A stretch of 64,000 nucleotides of DNA from positions 32,001 through 96,000 of the forward strand of contig OZ223236.1 of the NCBI GenBank assembly GCA_965140445.1, written 5' to 3'. The stretch comes from Candidatus Ozemobacteraceae bacterium (lineage in GTDB: Bacteria > Muiribacteriota > Ozemobacteria > Ozemobacterales > Ozemobacteraceae). Positions 18,887 to 28,976 of the stretch are shown in pieces (positions within the stretch are counted from its first letter, which is position 1; each line of letters opens with the position of its first letter). The translations under genes and the position numbers were made by a program. The notes beneath the pieces were generated by a model that worked only from the letters and a program-made list of their open reading frames with translations, was not told the origin of the DNA and did no database searches.

Positions 18887-21716
18887 AAACAAAGCAAAAA
18901 AATTTATTTTTGTGGTTTATGTGGCAATAGCAATTATTACAAGTCTAATTGTGGCATTAAACATTTCCAAGCAATATGAAAACTTTGTTCGCACTGAAAA
19001 TGAAAGATTCTGTGACAATATAAGGCTCATTTTTCCTATTCTGCAAAAAAAACTTAAACCTGAAATCCTGGCAAAAGAAAATGTGCTTCAAATATTGAAT
19101 AATGCTTTGCAAATCCCTGACAAGCAGGTAATTTCAGAACTTAACGCTGAGTTTGGGAAAGAAATAAGAACCCTCGTTTTAAACAAAAATTTTGTTGAAA
19201 CACAATCACAGAATCTGGCCTCAGACACCAAAAACACATTAACAAAAATTCTAAAAGACTCTAATGTGGATAAATCAGATACGCGCTATTTCGGCTCAAG
19301 TGAAGTAAATATAAAAATTGCCAGGGTTTTTGAAAACACACTGGCAGTAGACGATCTGGTCAATTTTTTAAATGTTTTCCCGGGAGAGTTTTCTCAAAAA
19401 GAAGGCTTAATTGCGCTTGGTACAATTTTTCCTAAAAATACCGAAAAGAACTTAATCAACACTTTTAGCTTTTTAAAAAACCCACTGGATTTAACCAGGA
19501 CAAACCATAAAAGCCTTTTTCTTTTCATCCCGACCGAATCTTTTCATAAGAAAAGTTGGATAGACTCCGCCATAAAAAAAATAGGATTTCTAAAAAACCT
19601 CGATCTTGAACTTCTTTCAAACCATACTGAATGGGAAGACTTCCCCCAAAAAAAGTTGCTTGAATTAGAAAATCAGATAAAAAACCAGAATTTTGGAATT
19701 ATAAAAGATAGTAATAAGATTTATTGTTTTATAAAAGTTTTGAACAAGACTTTAAGGAAAATGAATCTCAACTTTGGAGTTTTTTCACTAGATCTCCCCG
19801 CTAAGCCAAAAGCAACCTCAAAATTGATTCTAGCATTCTTTATTTTCGGAGCAGGCCCTATTCTATCAATTTGCATCTGGTTGTATATCTTTAAACCAAC
19901 CTACTGGAAAACCACGATGCTTAAGAGATTTGTCATCTTAACTTTTCTTGCCTCCTTGCTGCCTATTGCTGGCCTAATACACCTTGCAAACTCCAAATCA
20001 ATTTATCAGGAAACAGAGTTTGATATTCAAAATGCAAAAAAGAACTCAGAAAGGCTCGATGAGCTCGAAGATAGTGATAAAGCTTTTTTAAGCGAAATGC
20101 TTCTAGAGATAAAGCTTTTTCACGAAAAGTGCGAAAAGATGGAGCCTTTTGATTTGAAAAAAGCTCTTAAATACTCGGAAATACTTGGGAAATATGGGAT
20201 AACCCATCTATTTGTAACAGAACCAGGAGGAGACATTAAATTTCTACAGCCCGGGTTTCAACTTGTAGGAAGCAAAAACAAGAGGCGATATTCCATAGAA
20301 ATTATTTCAATGCTCCTACACCATATGCATAAAACCCTTAAAATGTCTTCCAATAAACCAGAAGAACCAAACCAATTGAGAATTGGCTTAATGATAGATT
20401 CTTTTGCTGAATTATTGGGGCAAAAAAAAATCCACAATATCGCCTTTACCAGAGACGTGCTAATCCCGTTTCGTATGCCACATGGCTCAGCATGGGCATT
20501 TTCTCATTTTCAGCGTAATCCAAACGGGGCAACCGCAAGACACTTTTTTTATGTTATGGACAGAGCAATGCTTCAAAGAAACCAGGTAACCCAAAGACTT
20601 GAAAAATATCACCAAAACAACGCCAAAATTCCCCCCTTACTCTTTTATGGCAGAAACTATTCGGTCACCCCGACACTTACTCCAACAAGCTATGAAACCA
20701 TGGGGAAAATTCAAACGATTCACCAGGAGATTGAGGAGACCGAAACCGAAAAAGATCTTAAAATATGGATAAATAATTCTCCCATATATTTATCTGGAAG
20801 AAATCTAAAAAACTCTGATTGGAGCGCAATTTCAACCATGCCAATTAGAGCACGCAACAAAGTGACATTTTCTGAAATGATTTACGCCATAACCGTTCTC
20901 TATCCAATTTTGATAATACTCATAACATCTCTACTGTTTTCTGAGTTTTTCGCAAAGCCCATGGAAAAAATGAAAGAAGCTGTTAAAATGATCACATCAG
21001 GCAACTATGACACTAAAATAGAAGTCACATCAAATGACGAAATAGGAGAGCTTGCAAAAAGCTTTAACGAAATGGCTCAAGGCCTTAGAGAAAAGGAATT
21101 TCTAAGCCGATTTTTATCTAACACCGCCAAATCAGCAATTAGTGAAGGGGCGCTTGCTCAAGCAACCAAGATTCACGGTACAGTTCTTTTTGTTGATATT
21201 AGAAACTTTACAACAATCTCGGAAAAACACACAGCAGAAGAAGTAGTAAAAATGCTAAATTCCTATATTACAGAAATGGAAAAGGTTATTGAGGCAAACT
21301 CAGGAAGCATAGAAAAGTTTATTGGAGACGCCATCATGGCCGTTTTCCTTCCTGAACATGGCCAACTTCATCCAGCAATAAGAGCAACAAAAACAGCAAT
21401 CAACATGAGGGAAAAATTAAAAGATTACAACTCTGAAAGAAAAACCAACAAAGAATTTGAAATAGATATTGGAGCAGGAATCTCGACCGGCGAACTTCTC
21501 ATGGGGAATCTAGGCAGCAAATCCGGAAGAAAAGACTTTACCATTACTGGTATTACTGTTAATAAGGCTGCTAGCATGGAAAAACTAAGTAAAAACGCAA
21601 AAAGCAAAATTGTTCTTTGCTCAGAATCAGCAAGATTCAATCAAGAAACGGAAATAAAATTAGCAAAATTTCCTGCAGTCTCGTCAGAAAATATAGTCTG
21701 GCAAGTAATATGCTAA
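18879..21716 (+). CDS. Membrane class III adenylate cyclase, type B (HAMP + cyclase; catalytic Arg replaced by Ser)
   Basis: HAMP (NDEIGELAKSFNEM), VLFVDIRNFT, EKFIGDAIMA, DFTITGITVNKAASME; overlaps the upstream gene by 8 nt. Confidence 0.92.
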   Translation: MVKNKAKKFIFVVYVAIAIITSLIVALNISKQYENFVRTENERFCDNIRLIFPILQKKLKPEILAKENVLQILNNALQIPDKQVISELNAEFGKEIRTLVLNKNFVETQSQNLASDTKNTLTKILKDSNVDKSDTRYFGSSEVNIKIARVFENTLAVDDLVNFLNVFPGEFSQKEGLIALGTIFPKNTEKNLINTFSFLKNPLDLTRTNHKSLFLFIPTESFHKKSWIDSAIKKIGFLKNLDLELLSNHTEWEDFPQKKLLELENQIKNQNFGIIKDSNKIYCFIKVLNKTLRKMNLNFGVFSLDLPAKPKATSKLILAFFIFGAGPILSICIWLYIFKPTYWKTTMLKRFVILTFLASLLPIAGLIHLANSKSIYQETEFDIQNAKKNSERLDELEDSDKAFLSEMLLEIKLFHEKCEKMEPFDLKKALKYSEILGKYGITHLFVTEPGGDIKFLQPGFQLVGSKNKRRYSIEIISMLLHHMHKTLKMSSNKPEEPNQLRIGLMIDSFAELLGQKKIHNIAFTRDVLIPFRMPHGSAWAFSHFQRNPNGATARHFFYVMDRAMLQRNQVTQRLEKYHQNNAKIPPLLFYGRNYSVTPTLTPTSYETMGKIQTIHQEIEETETEKDLKIWINNSPIYLSGRNLKNSDWSAISTMPIRARNKVTFSEMIYAITVLYPILIILITSLLFSEFFAKPMEKMKEAVKMITSGNYDTKIEVTSNDEIGELAKSFNEMAQGLREKEFLSRFLSNTAKSAISEGALAQATKIHGTVLFVDIRNFTTISEKHTAEEVVKMLNSYITEMEKVIEANSGSIEKFIGDAIMAVFLPEHGQLHPAIRATKTAINMREKLKDYNSERKTNKEFEIDIGAGISTGELLMGNLGSKSGRKDFTITGITVNKAASMEKLSKNAKSKIVLCSESARFNQETEIKLAKFPAVSSENIVWQVIC

Positions 21717-21738
21717 CCAATAACAGAAAACACAAACT

Positions 21739-24537
21739 ATGAAAAAAGAACCAGGAAAATCAGCAACAAAAATAAAGTTTTTCTGGCTAACTATTGGTTT
21801 TTTGTTGGCATCATTTCTAACTGCCGAAATTTTCAATAGATACTTGATGGTTTATGAAAAAGAGCTCCGAAAATCTAATCTGCAGGAAAACATAGGCAAG
21901 AGCAGACTACTTATGGCGGAATTAGAGCAAAACCTGGATATGCATTCCGTATTGGATGACTCTTTACAGAAAAATTTCAATTCCATGGAAAAAGAACTAT
22001 CAAAAAGTAATCTGACCCCCCAAACAGCTAAAGCCATGGAGTCTATTTTTTATTCCATTTACCCAAAAAGCTCAAAATTGATTTGGTTTTCGCCAAAATT
22101 TAAAAATATCAAACCAACAGGACTCAGAGAAACGTCAAAGAAGCGCGCATGGCAAGCTTTGATTAAGTGCATATTTAAGCCCAAAACATCCTCAAAACTC
22201 GACTACAAAATTTCTGATGGCTTTGTAAAAACAACCATGAGTGATTTTTTAGACTCAACATTCTTTAATCAGTCAAAATACCAAAACCTTGAAATTTTGT
22301 ACGAAGGCAAACGTCATTACTTCTGTATCCATAAACTACGGCCAGATAAAATAATGAAAGGCTTTCTTATAGCTTTAATTCCATTGGATATAGCAAAACC
22401 AAACTGGCTTGAAGAAAGAGCATTATTGATTGCACGCAGAAATGGCATTGTTGCTGGCGCATATAATATAAGCCAGGATATTTGTATAAAAAACTCACAA
22501 ATAGGCGTTAACTTTCTTCATGGTCTTAAAACTGAATTTTCACAGCAAAATCAAACCTTTGAAATGCCTGGCAGCTTTTATTACTTTGACTACAGCGCGA
22601 ATATTCCAGAGCTATTTTTGGCGATTTCTTTTAAACCTGTTTTCAATTCATTTCTTCAAAATCCCGAAAAAATAAAGACAATCCGCAGTTTTCTACACTT
22701 TATTTTCGTTGGGTTTGCTTTTTTGGCGGTTTTACTTGGCAACTTGAAGCCCATGTTTGATCTATCACTGTCCACCAGATTTAAAATATCCAGTTTAGCT
22801 TTGACTGCAATTCCTCTTGCAGCAATAACGATAATGGGATTAATGCAACTCGTTCAAATGAAAATGGAGTACAAACAAAAGCAATTAAATAAGCTGGAAA
22901 GCGCCATTTTGCGCTTTGAAGATAAATTAGCAGATCAAACCGCCTTGCTCGAAACCCAGTTACGAAATGCCAACCTAAATAACGCCCAAACAGAGCCTCA
23001 AATGATTAAAGAACTTTCCAGGCTTTTCAATGGTTTAAAACCACTCGGCTGTGAAGTCGCTGCAATATTCACTAGAAATGGGAATATCCACCATTTTACC
23101 ATTCTTGATCAAAAGGTATGTAATTCAAGGATTTCTTATCTCCTGGGATTTTTCAGGAGTCAACTTGCAAGTGATGGATTTGACATACAAACTCTTGAAG
23201 CAAAAGCGCCTTTAAGCCTCCCAGGTAAGTTTGAAAAATTCAAATTGCTACCAAAATACGATCATAAATTCAGTGGAAAATTTAACTTCATGGAGTTTGG
23301 TAATTTCAAAGCCAAAGTATTTTCTAATTACGTTAGTCCAACAACCAGTCCAGAAAAAAAGATAGCCTGTCTAATCCTTGGCTTTGAGAAACAAGTTATG
23401 GATCAATATTTACTGAGAAAACTACTCTATTTAAATAAACAATTTGATGGAACCGTTTTCTTGTCTTCAAAAAGCCCATTAGGTTTAAAATTTCTCCCCA
23501 AGAACCAAGATTTAAAAAAAATGTTAGCAGCCATCAATCTTACTGGAGGAGAATTTACCAAAAATTTCAAACTAAAAAAACAAGCCTACCTGGCTCTGGG
23601 AAAACCACTCCCAGGACTAGAAACAGCAGCACTAGCCGTAATAAAATTCAAAAATCAGAATACCAGATGGTACATAGTGTTTCTTTTTCTATTAGTTGCC
23701 ATAAGTCTTATTAACTCTCAGTCAATTTACAATCTTCTGGTTTTTACTTTTCTGCTTCCAATAAAAAAATTAAGTGCTGCGGTACAGAATGTTACAAGCG
23801 GAAACTACTCAGAAATTGAAACGAAACCCGAAATTGATGAGTTGGCACTTCTGAATAACGACCTTAAAAAATTGGCTCAAGGCTTAAAAGAAAAATCCGA
23901 AATGCAAAATTATCTCAGTGAAAACTTATTGGAAAGCTCTGCTAAAAATACAGAAATAAAAGTTGAAAGAAAGAATGCGGTGGTTTTGTTTGCGGGAATA
24001 AGAAATTTCTCCAAAATTGAAAAAGATTCAACTCCAGAAGTTGCCATGGAAATAATGAATTTCTTCCTCTCCTCCTGCGAAAGAAATATCAGGAAAAATT
24101 CTGGAGAAATAGACAAATACATCGGAGATACAGCAATGGCTGTATTCTACGATAAAGAAAACAGCACAAAAGAACAAAACGCTCTACAGGCTGCTATTGA
24201 TATCAAAAATGAATTAAATGAATCGATAAAATCATCTCCAGATTTTCCACAAAATTTTGACTTTGGAATAGGTCTGGCTGGAGGCAGCTTAATTGCCGGT
24301 CATATAGGTTCTTTAAGAAAAAGACTCGACTACACGATTATTGGCGATGTTGTAAATCTCGCGGCCAGACTTGAGAAACTAGCCGGAAACAATCGAAAAG
24401 CATTTATCCTGGCCGAACAAAGTCTTGCTGAAAAATACAATAAGATTTTCAAACAAATAAAAATAGAACTACCACCGATTAAGGGAAAAACAGAAAAAGT
24501 CTCTGCAGTAGCAGTTTTGGATAAAATTAAATCATGA
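21739..24537 (+). CDS. Membrane class III adenylate cyclase, type A (second copy)
   Basis: VVLFAGIRNFS, DKYIGDTAMA, DYTIIGDVVNLAARLE; shares N-terminal motifs (IWF, RAWQAL, AGA(F/Y), PELF) with 16094..18886. Confidence 0.92.
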   Translation: MKKEPGKSATKIKFFWLTIGFLLASFLTAEIFNRYLMVYEKELRKSNLQENIGKSRLLMAELEQNLDMHSVLDDSLQKNFNSMEKELSKSNLTPQTAKAMESIFYSIYPKSSKLIWFSPKFKNIKPTGLRETSKKRAWQALIKCIFKPKTSSKLDYKISDGFVKTTMSDFLDSTFFNQSKYQNLEILYEGKRHYFCIHKLRPDKIMKGFLIALIPLDIAKPNWLEERALLIARRNGIVAGAYNISQDICIKNSQIGVNFLHGLKTEFSQQNQTFEMPGSFYYFDYSANIPELFLAISFKPVFNSFLQNPEKIKTIRSFLHFIFVGFAFLAVLLGNLKPMFDLSLSTRFKISSLALTAIPLAAITIMGLMQLVQMKMEYKQKQLNKLESAILRFEDKLADQTALLETQLRNANLNNAQTEPQMIKELSRLFNGLKPLGCEVAAIFTRNGNIHHFTILDQKVCNSRISYLLGFFRSQLASDGFDIQTLEAKAPLSLPGKFEKFKLLPKYDHKFSGKFNFMEFGNFKAKVFSNYVSPTTSPEKKIACLILGFEKQVMDQYLLRKLLYLNKQFDGTVFLSSKSPLGLKFLPKNQDLKKMLAAINLTGGEFTKNFKLKKQAYLALGKPLPGLETAALAVIKFKNQNTRWYIVFLFLLVAISLINSQSIYNLLVFTFLLPIKKLSAAVQNVTSGNYSEIETKPEIDELALLNNDLKKLAQGLKEKSEMQNYLSENLLESSAKNTEIKVERKNAVVLFAGIRNFSKIEKDSTPEVAMEIMNFFLSSCERNIRKNSGEIDKYIGDTAMAVFYDKENSTKEQNALQAAIDIKNELNESIKSSPDFPQNFDFGIGLAGGSLIAGHIGSLRKRLDYTIIGDVVNLAARLEKLAGNNRKAFILAEQSLAEKYNKIFKQIKIELPPIKGKTEKVSAVAVLDKIKS

Positions 24538-27368
24538 CTAAATCTTCAAAAATGAACAAAATATCAAGCTTGATTCAAATATTCAGCCTGATTCTGATTT
24601 TGTTAATTGCTGCTAAACAAGAAAAAAATCAGTTTGAAAATAGCCTGATTTCTTTTGAAGAAGCTCTAAGATCAAATATTTCAATCCTTCAGGAAAAAAC
24701 AATACCATTCAATCTCGCAACGGAATTAATCTTCAATGAGCTTAACTCCGCTGAGATAATAGATTCCAGCAGCTCTGAGAAACTAGTAAATGAACTAAAT
24801 AAAAGATTCAATGGAAAAATAAAACTATTTCTTCTAGACCATAAATTTAAGCCTATTGAAAGCCTCAATCTAAACAAAAAAGAGTATTCAGACGTTTCCA
24901 GATTTATCAAAGAATACTGTTTATTGAATGAGCGTATTTTTCCTGCCGATAAAGCATTTTTTTCAGATTTTCTTGCAAAATATTTTAACAATTCGCCTGA
25001 TCGGCACAGCCTTCCAAACTTTATAAATTCATCCGAAGTTAGGTATATGGGTATTCCCGGGGTTTTCATTGTAGGTTCAATCATAGATCCCAAATATCAA
25101 AAAGAATTGAATCACACAATGTGTAACCTAAAAGAACCCAAAAAATTCAGACAAGCATTTAGAGGCGCAATCTTCGCATTTATCCCAACAAAAGAAATAC
25201 AGTCATCTGATTGGGTCTCAATTAATATTAACAGCAAAAAAAATGGCCCCCCGATATTTCTGGGCACACAGCGTGAAATCTTAAAAAATGAGAAACTTCC
25301 TGATGAACTTAAAAATAACTTTCTTAAGCTATCTGATGAAAAACAACAAGGAACTTTTATAGGTGAAAGCCTGGGCTTTACCTATTGCCAAACAGAACTT
25401 TCAAGTCAAGATGGAAAACCAGAATTTGCCATAAGAGCAATGAAAAAGCCTACCTATAAGATTTCAGGCAGACTTTTTCTTTTCGCAATAATGCTTATAA
25501 TTTCAGGCTTTTTTATAGTGAGAATTCAAAGTCTAAAAAAAACTCACGAGAAAGGCTGGAAACAAAGAATCTCCCGCAAATTTATTTTCCTGAGTCTTAT
25601 TTCATGCGTCCTTCCGCTATCTGGCTTCCTATATCAAACAATGGCCAGATTAGATACATTGGAAAAACAGCAGAAAAATAAAATTTACAGCCAACTTGAA
25701 TCAAAGTTCTCTTCTATAGAAAGCGAACAAAAAAACTCTATGAGTGATTATATTTTAAAAATTCAAACCTATCAAAACTACCTTAACAGTCTGAATCCCT
25801 TCTCTCAGGCAGAAGCCAGAAAAAAAATTCGTTCTTTAAAGGGGCTAATGCTCTCAAAGATTTACGTTTCCGAAAGAAATGGGAAAAATTTCTTTATAAG
25901 TAAGAATGATGATCTCGATGAAAAAGAATCAAACATAGGTAGAATGAACGCATTTGGAATAATACTTGATTACATTCATAAAAATTTAAAGTTCTCAAAG
26001 CATAAGGCAGGAAAAGAAAAAAAATTCAATAAATCAGACTTATATATTGAATCTGCTACTGACGCGCTCGGAAATGGGACTCTACTTCAACTTGCCGTAA
26101 AAAGAGATCTTTTATTGCCTTTTAAAATGATTCACGGGTCCGTATGGCTTTACTCACATTTTCAGGTGGATAAAACCGGAACCCCGCTGCGACATTTCCT
26201 TTACGTATTAAGAAGTGATCCTTTTCTCGTAAAAAAAATCGATAGGCTCCAGAAAAATGAAGCCCAATCAAATACATTCCCTAAAATGTTCTTCATGAGC
26301 AAACAATATGCAATAACCGAAGATATGGCTCCAACAGAACTAGAAACTCAACCCGCAATGATTCAGATGCTAAAATTTATTAACAGAGCCGGTGGCACAC
26401 AACGCAGAGAAATTAAAATCGGAAACAAAACATACTATTGCCTGGGCAGAGAATTGAAGGGACTAAACTGGATTGGTCTTGCTATGATGCCAAAAAATCC
26501 GGAAGGAAACTTCACTAAGATTGGTATTTTGCCCATCTTAACAGTCTTTCTCCCGGTCATGATAATTATCCTGATAGCATTTTATTTCAATATTATTTAC
26601 CTTACACCAGTACAGAAAATGCAACAGTCAGTGGAACAATTTACATTAGATAACTACACGCAAAAACTATTGGTAGAAAGCAATGATGAAATTGGAGAAT
26701 TGAGCAAAAGTTTTAATGAAATGGCGACTTCACTTAAAGAAAAAGAATTTCTAAGCCGTTTTCTATCAGATATAGCCAAAAGTGCAATTAGTGGAGAAAA
26801 TCAAACCAGAGCGACACGTATCAATGCCACAATACTTTTCTCGGATATCAGAGGTTTTACAACTCTGAGTGAACAAAATCCACCAGAGGTTATAGTGGAA
26901 ATGCTTAACAGCTATATGACCTCTATGGAAGAAGCTATTGAAGCAAATGGTGGAAACATAGAAAAGTTTATTGGAGATGCCATAATGGCAGTTTTTCTTC
27001 CTCGCCTTGGAGTTGAAAATCCTGCAGTTCGCGCATGCAAAGCTGCATTAGAGATGAACAAAAATCTCGCAGTGCTTAACCAAAAAAGAGCTCTAAACAA
27101 CCAGTTTCAGATAAATTCAGGGGTTGGCATATCAACAGGAACTGTTCTTATGGGAGTTCTGGGGAATCTGGAAGGAAGAAGAGACTACACTGTGACAGGG
27201 CCAGCAGTTAACGCCGCCGCGCAAATGGAAAAGTTAAGCAAATACGCAAATATCTCTAAAATAGTCGTATGCTCTTCCACAGCTACTAAATTGGCTAAAA
27301 AAGGCCTAAAAACCCAGTTTCTGGATTGCGAAGAAAATAAGCTTGGCGGAAAAGAATTGTTGATTTAA
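24534..27368 (+). CDS. Membrane class III adenylate cyclase, type B (second copy; Arg replaced by Gln)
   Basis: ILFSDIRGFT, EKFIGDAIMA, DYTVTGPAVNAAAQME; shares RDxLxPFxMxHGSxWxxSHFQ with 18879..21716; ATGA overlap with the upstream gene. Confidence 0.92.
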   Translation: MTKSSKMNKISSLIQIFSLILILLIAAKQEKNQFENSLISFEEALRSNISILQEKTIPFNLATELIFNELNSAEIIDSSSSEKLVNELNKRFNGKIKLFLLDHKFKPIESLNLNKKEYSDVSRFIKEYCLLNERIFPADKAFFSDFLAKYFNNSPDRHSLPNFINSSEVRYMGIPGVFIVGSIIDPKYQKELNHTMCNLKEPKKFRQAFRGAIFAFIPTKEIQSSDWVSININSKKNGPPIFLGTQREILKNEKLPDELKNNFLKLSDEKQQGTFIGESLGFTYCQTELSSQDGKPEFAIRAMKKPTYKISGRLFLFAIMLIISGFFIVRIQSLKKTHEKGWKQRISRKFIFLSLISCVLPLSGFLYQTMARLDTLEKQQKNKIYSQLESKFSSIESEQKNSMSDYILKIQTYQNYLNSLNPFSQAEARKKIRSLKGLMLSKIYVSERNGKNFFISKNDDLDEKESNIGRMNAFGIILDYIHKNLKFSKHKAGKEKKFNKSDLYIESATDALGNGTLLQLAVKRDLLLPFKMIHGSVWLYSHFQVDKTGTPLRHFLYVLRSDPFLVKKIDRLQKNEAQSNTFPKMFFMSKQYAITEDMAPTELETQPAMIQMLKFINRAGGTQRREIKIGNKTYYCLGRELKGLNWIGLAMMPKNPEGNFTKIGILPILTVFLPVMIIILIAFYFNIIYLTPVQKMQQSVEQFTLDNYTQKLLVESNDEIGELSKSFNEMATSLKEKEFLSRFLSDIAKSAISGENQTRATRINATILFSDIRGFTTLSEQNPPEVIVEMLNSYMTSMEEAIEANGGNIEKFIGDAIMAVFLPRLGVENPAVRACKAALEMNKNLAVLNQKRALNNQFQINSGVGISTGTVLMGVLGNLEGRRDYTVTGPAVNAAAQMEKLSKYANISKIVVCSSTATKLAKKGLKTQFLDCEENKLGGKELLI

Positions 27369-27384
27369 ACTTCATTCATAAACT

Positions 27385-28374
27385 ATGAAATCTACACTCG
27401 ATTCAAAACAAGCTAAACAAAACGATGATTTGAATAACTCCTCCAACTTAAAAGCCCTTTTTTATCTAGGCTTTACTGTTTTAGCTTTTTCCTCTATTGA
27501 AATAATCGCCAATCCAATACGCCATATAATAGATCCAATGGCCATAACATTTTGGCGTTTTGCAATAGGCACAGCTTTTTTGCTTCCATTTTTGCTATTA
27601 AAAAAGCCTGGTTCAATAAAGAACACAAATCCGGTAGAGTTGCTAAAGCTTTGCCTGCTTGGGTGTTTAAACATCATTATCAGTATGGGAGCCCATGCTG
27701 TGTGCATAAAATTTTCAAAAGCTTCAACAGCAGCAATACTAATCGCAGCTAACCCCATTGCCACCAATTTTTTTTCCTGGATAATTTTAAAGGAAAAAAT
27801 GTCTTTAAAAAGAATTTTCTCTCTTTCCCTGGGAATGCTTGGAATAGCACTAATTGCTATTCGCCCTGACCCTGGAGCTGACACACTAACCGGAATAATT
27901 GCGGGGATTATTGGACTAACGGGATTTGGACTTTACACTGTTCTTTCTAAAAAGATGGTCCAAAATCATGGTAGCTTAAAAGTTACAGTTTTAAGCTGTA
28001 GCACGGCCTTGTTGATTTACCTTCCTTTATTGAAAATAATGGACAAAAAAATCATTCCCGACTTCCATCTTTGGCCATATTTAATTGGTCTAGGAGTGTT
28101 TGGTTCCGGACTTGGCTATGTCACTTTCTTTAAAGCACTTGAGCTTATGCCAGCGGGCCGAGCCAGCTATCTGTTCTTTTTTAAGCCTCCCGTTGCAGTT
28201 TTCTTAGCATGGCTAATTCTCGGAGAACAAATTAAATACCCGGCCTTAATAGGCACAGCGCTAATTATGAGCGGAATTTTCATGGAGATAAAAAAACTGG
28301 ACAAAGGGGTAAATTCAAATACACTCTCTGACCAGACAGAATCAGGAGTATCCCATGATAAAAGCCAAACTTAA
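27385..28374 (+). CDS. DMT/EamA family transporter
   Basis: About 10 TM segments, WLILKEK and WLILGEQ repeat ends. Confidence 0.88.
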   Translation: MKSTLDSKQAKQNDDLNNSSNLKALFYLGFTVLAFSSIEIIANPIRHIIDPMAITFWRFAIGTAFLLPFLLLKKPGSIKNTNPVELLKLCLLGCLNIIISMGAHAVCIKFSKASTAAILIAANPIATNFFSWIILKEKMSLKRIFSLSLGMLGIALIAIRPDPGADTLTGIIAGIIGLTGFGLYTVLSKKMVQNHGSLKVTVLSCSTALLIYLPLLKIMDKKIIPDFHLWPYLIGLGVFGSGLGYVTFFKALELMPAGRASYLFFFKPPVAVFLAWLILGEQIKYPALIGTALIMSGIFMEIKKLDKGVNSNTLSDQTESGVSHDKSQT

Positions 28375-28960
28375 ACTTGTAACCGTTCTTGTTTTGATGC
28401 TTAGCCTGACACTTGCTGCGCAAGCACAAACACAAGGCATACCTCCGATTCCGGAAACTGCTCAATACTACATAGACCTTGCAGATATATATGCCAGAGT
28501 CTTTCCTGAAAGCGCCGAGATAGAAGTAGTTGCGGCAATATGGCTAAGGTGCGATGGCGTAAACCCGGTAATAATGAAAATAGGCGGCAATCTAAAAAAC
28601 ATGAAAATTGAAGGTCGCACTCAACCAAATCTTAATTTTGTAATGTATAAGCCTTATATCCATTTTTACAACATGAATTATGGAAGTCATCAGGTCGTTT
28701 TCACTTATAGAGCAAAGCATGATGGAATTACCAGCAGCGGAACGATATCATTGGCCGGAGCACAACTTCCCCAGGAAAGCTATTGGTATCCCCGAAATGT
28801 TGCAGACGACCCGCACCAGGTTATATTAAACGTAGAAACCCCGCAAGGCTACCCGATGACAACAAATGGCGCTTTGGCAAAAGAAGCTCCAAACAATTTG
28901 TGGTGGCTTAGACAATTCATTTTATCCACAGCATCAGCATCAGGAATGGTTATTAACTAA
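28355..28960 (+). CDS. Exported hypothetical protein, weakly resembling the non-catalytic N-domain of M1 aminopeptidases
   Basis: AGGAG RBS, signal peptide ending AQA, SYWYP...VETPQGY...TNG pattern, no HExxH. Confidence 0.6.
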   Translation: MIKAKLKLVTVLVLMLSLTLAAQAQTQGIPPIPETAQYYIDLADIYARVFPESAEIEVVAAIWLRCDGVNPVIMKIGGNLKNMKIEGRTQPNLNFVMYKPYIHFYNMNYGSHQVVFTYRAKHDGITSSGTISLAGAQLPQESYWYPRNVADDPHQVILNVETPQGYPMTTNGALAKEAPNNLWWLRQFILSTASASGMVIN

Positions 28961-28976
28961 TCACACCAACTTGTCT

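Noticed and set aside
16094..27368. Cyclases as decaying pseudogenes or as Pycsar/CBASS-type defence cyclases
   Set aside because: The ORFs are intact and carry reciprocal substitutions repeated in both pairs. They have a membrane sensor-HAMP architecture and no adjacent cNMP-binding effector.
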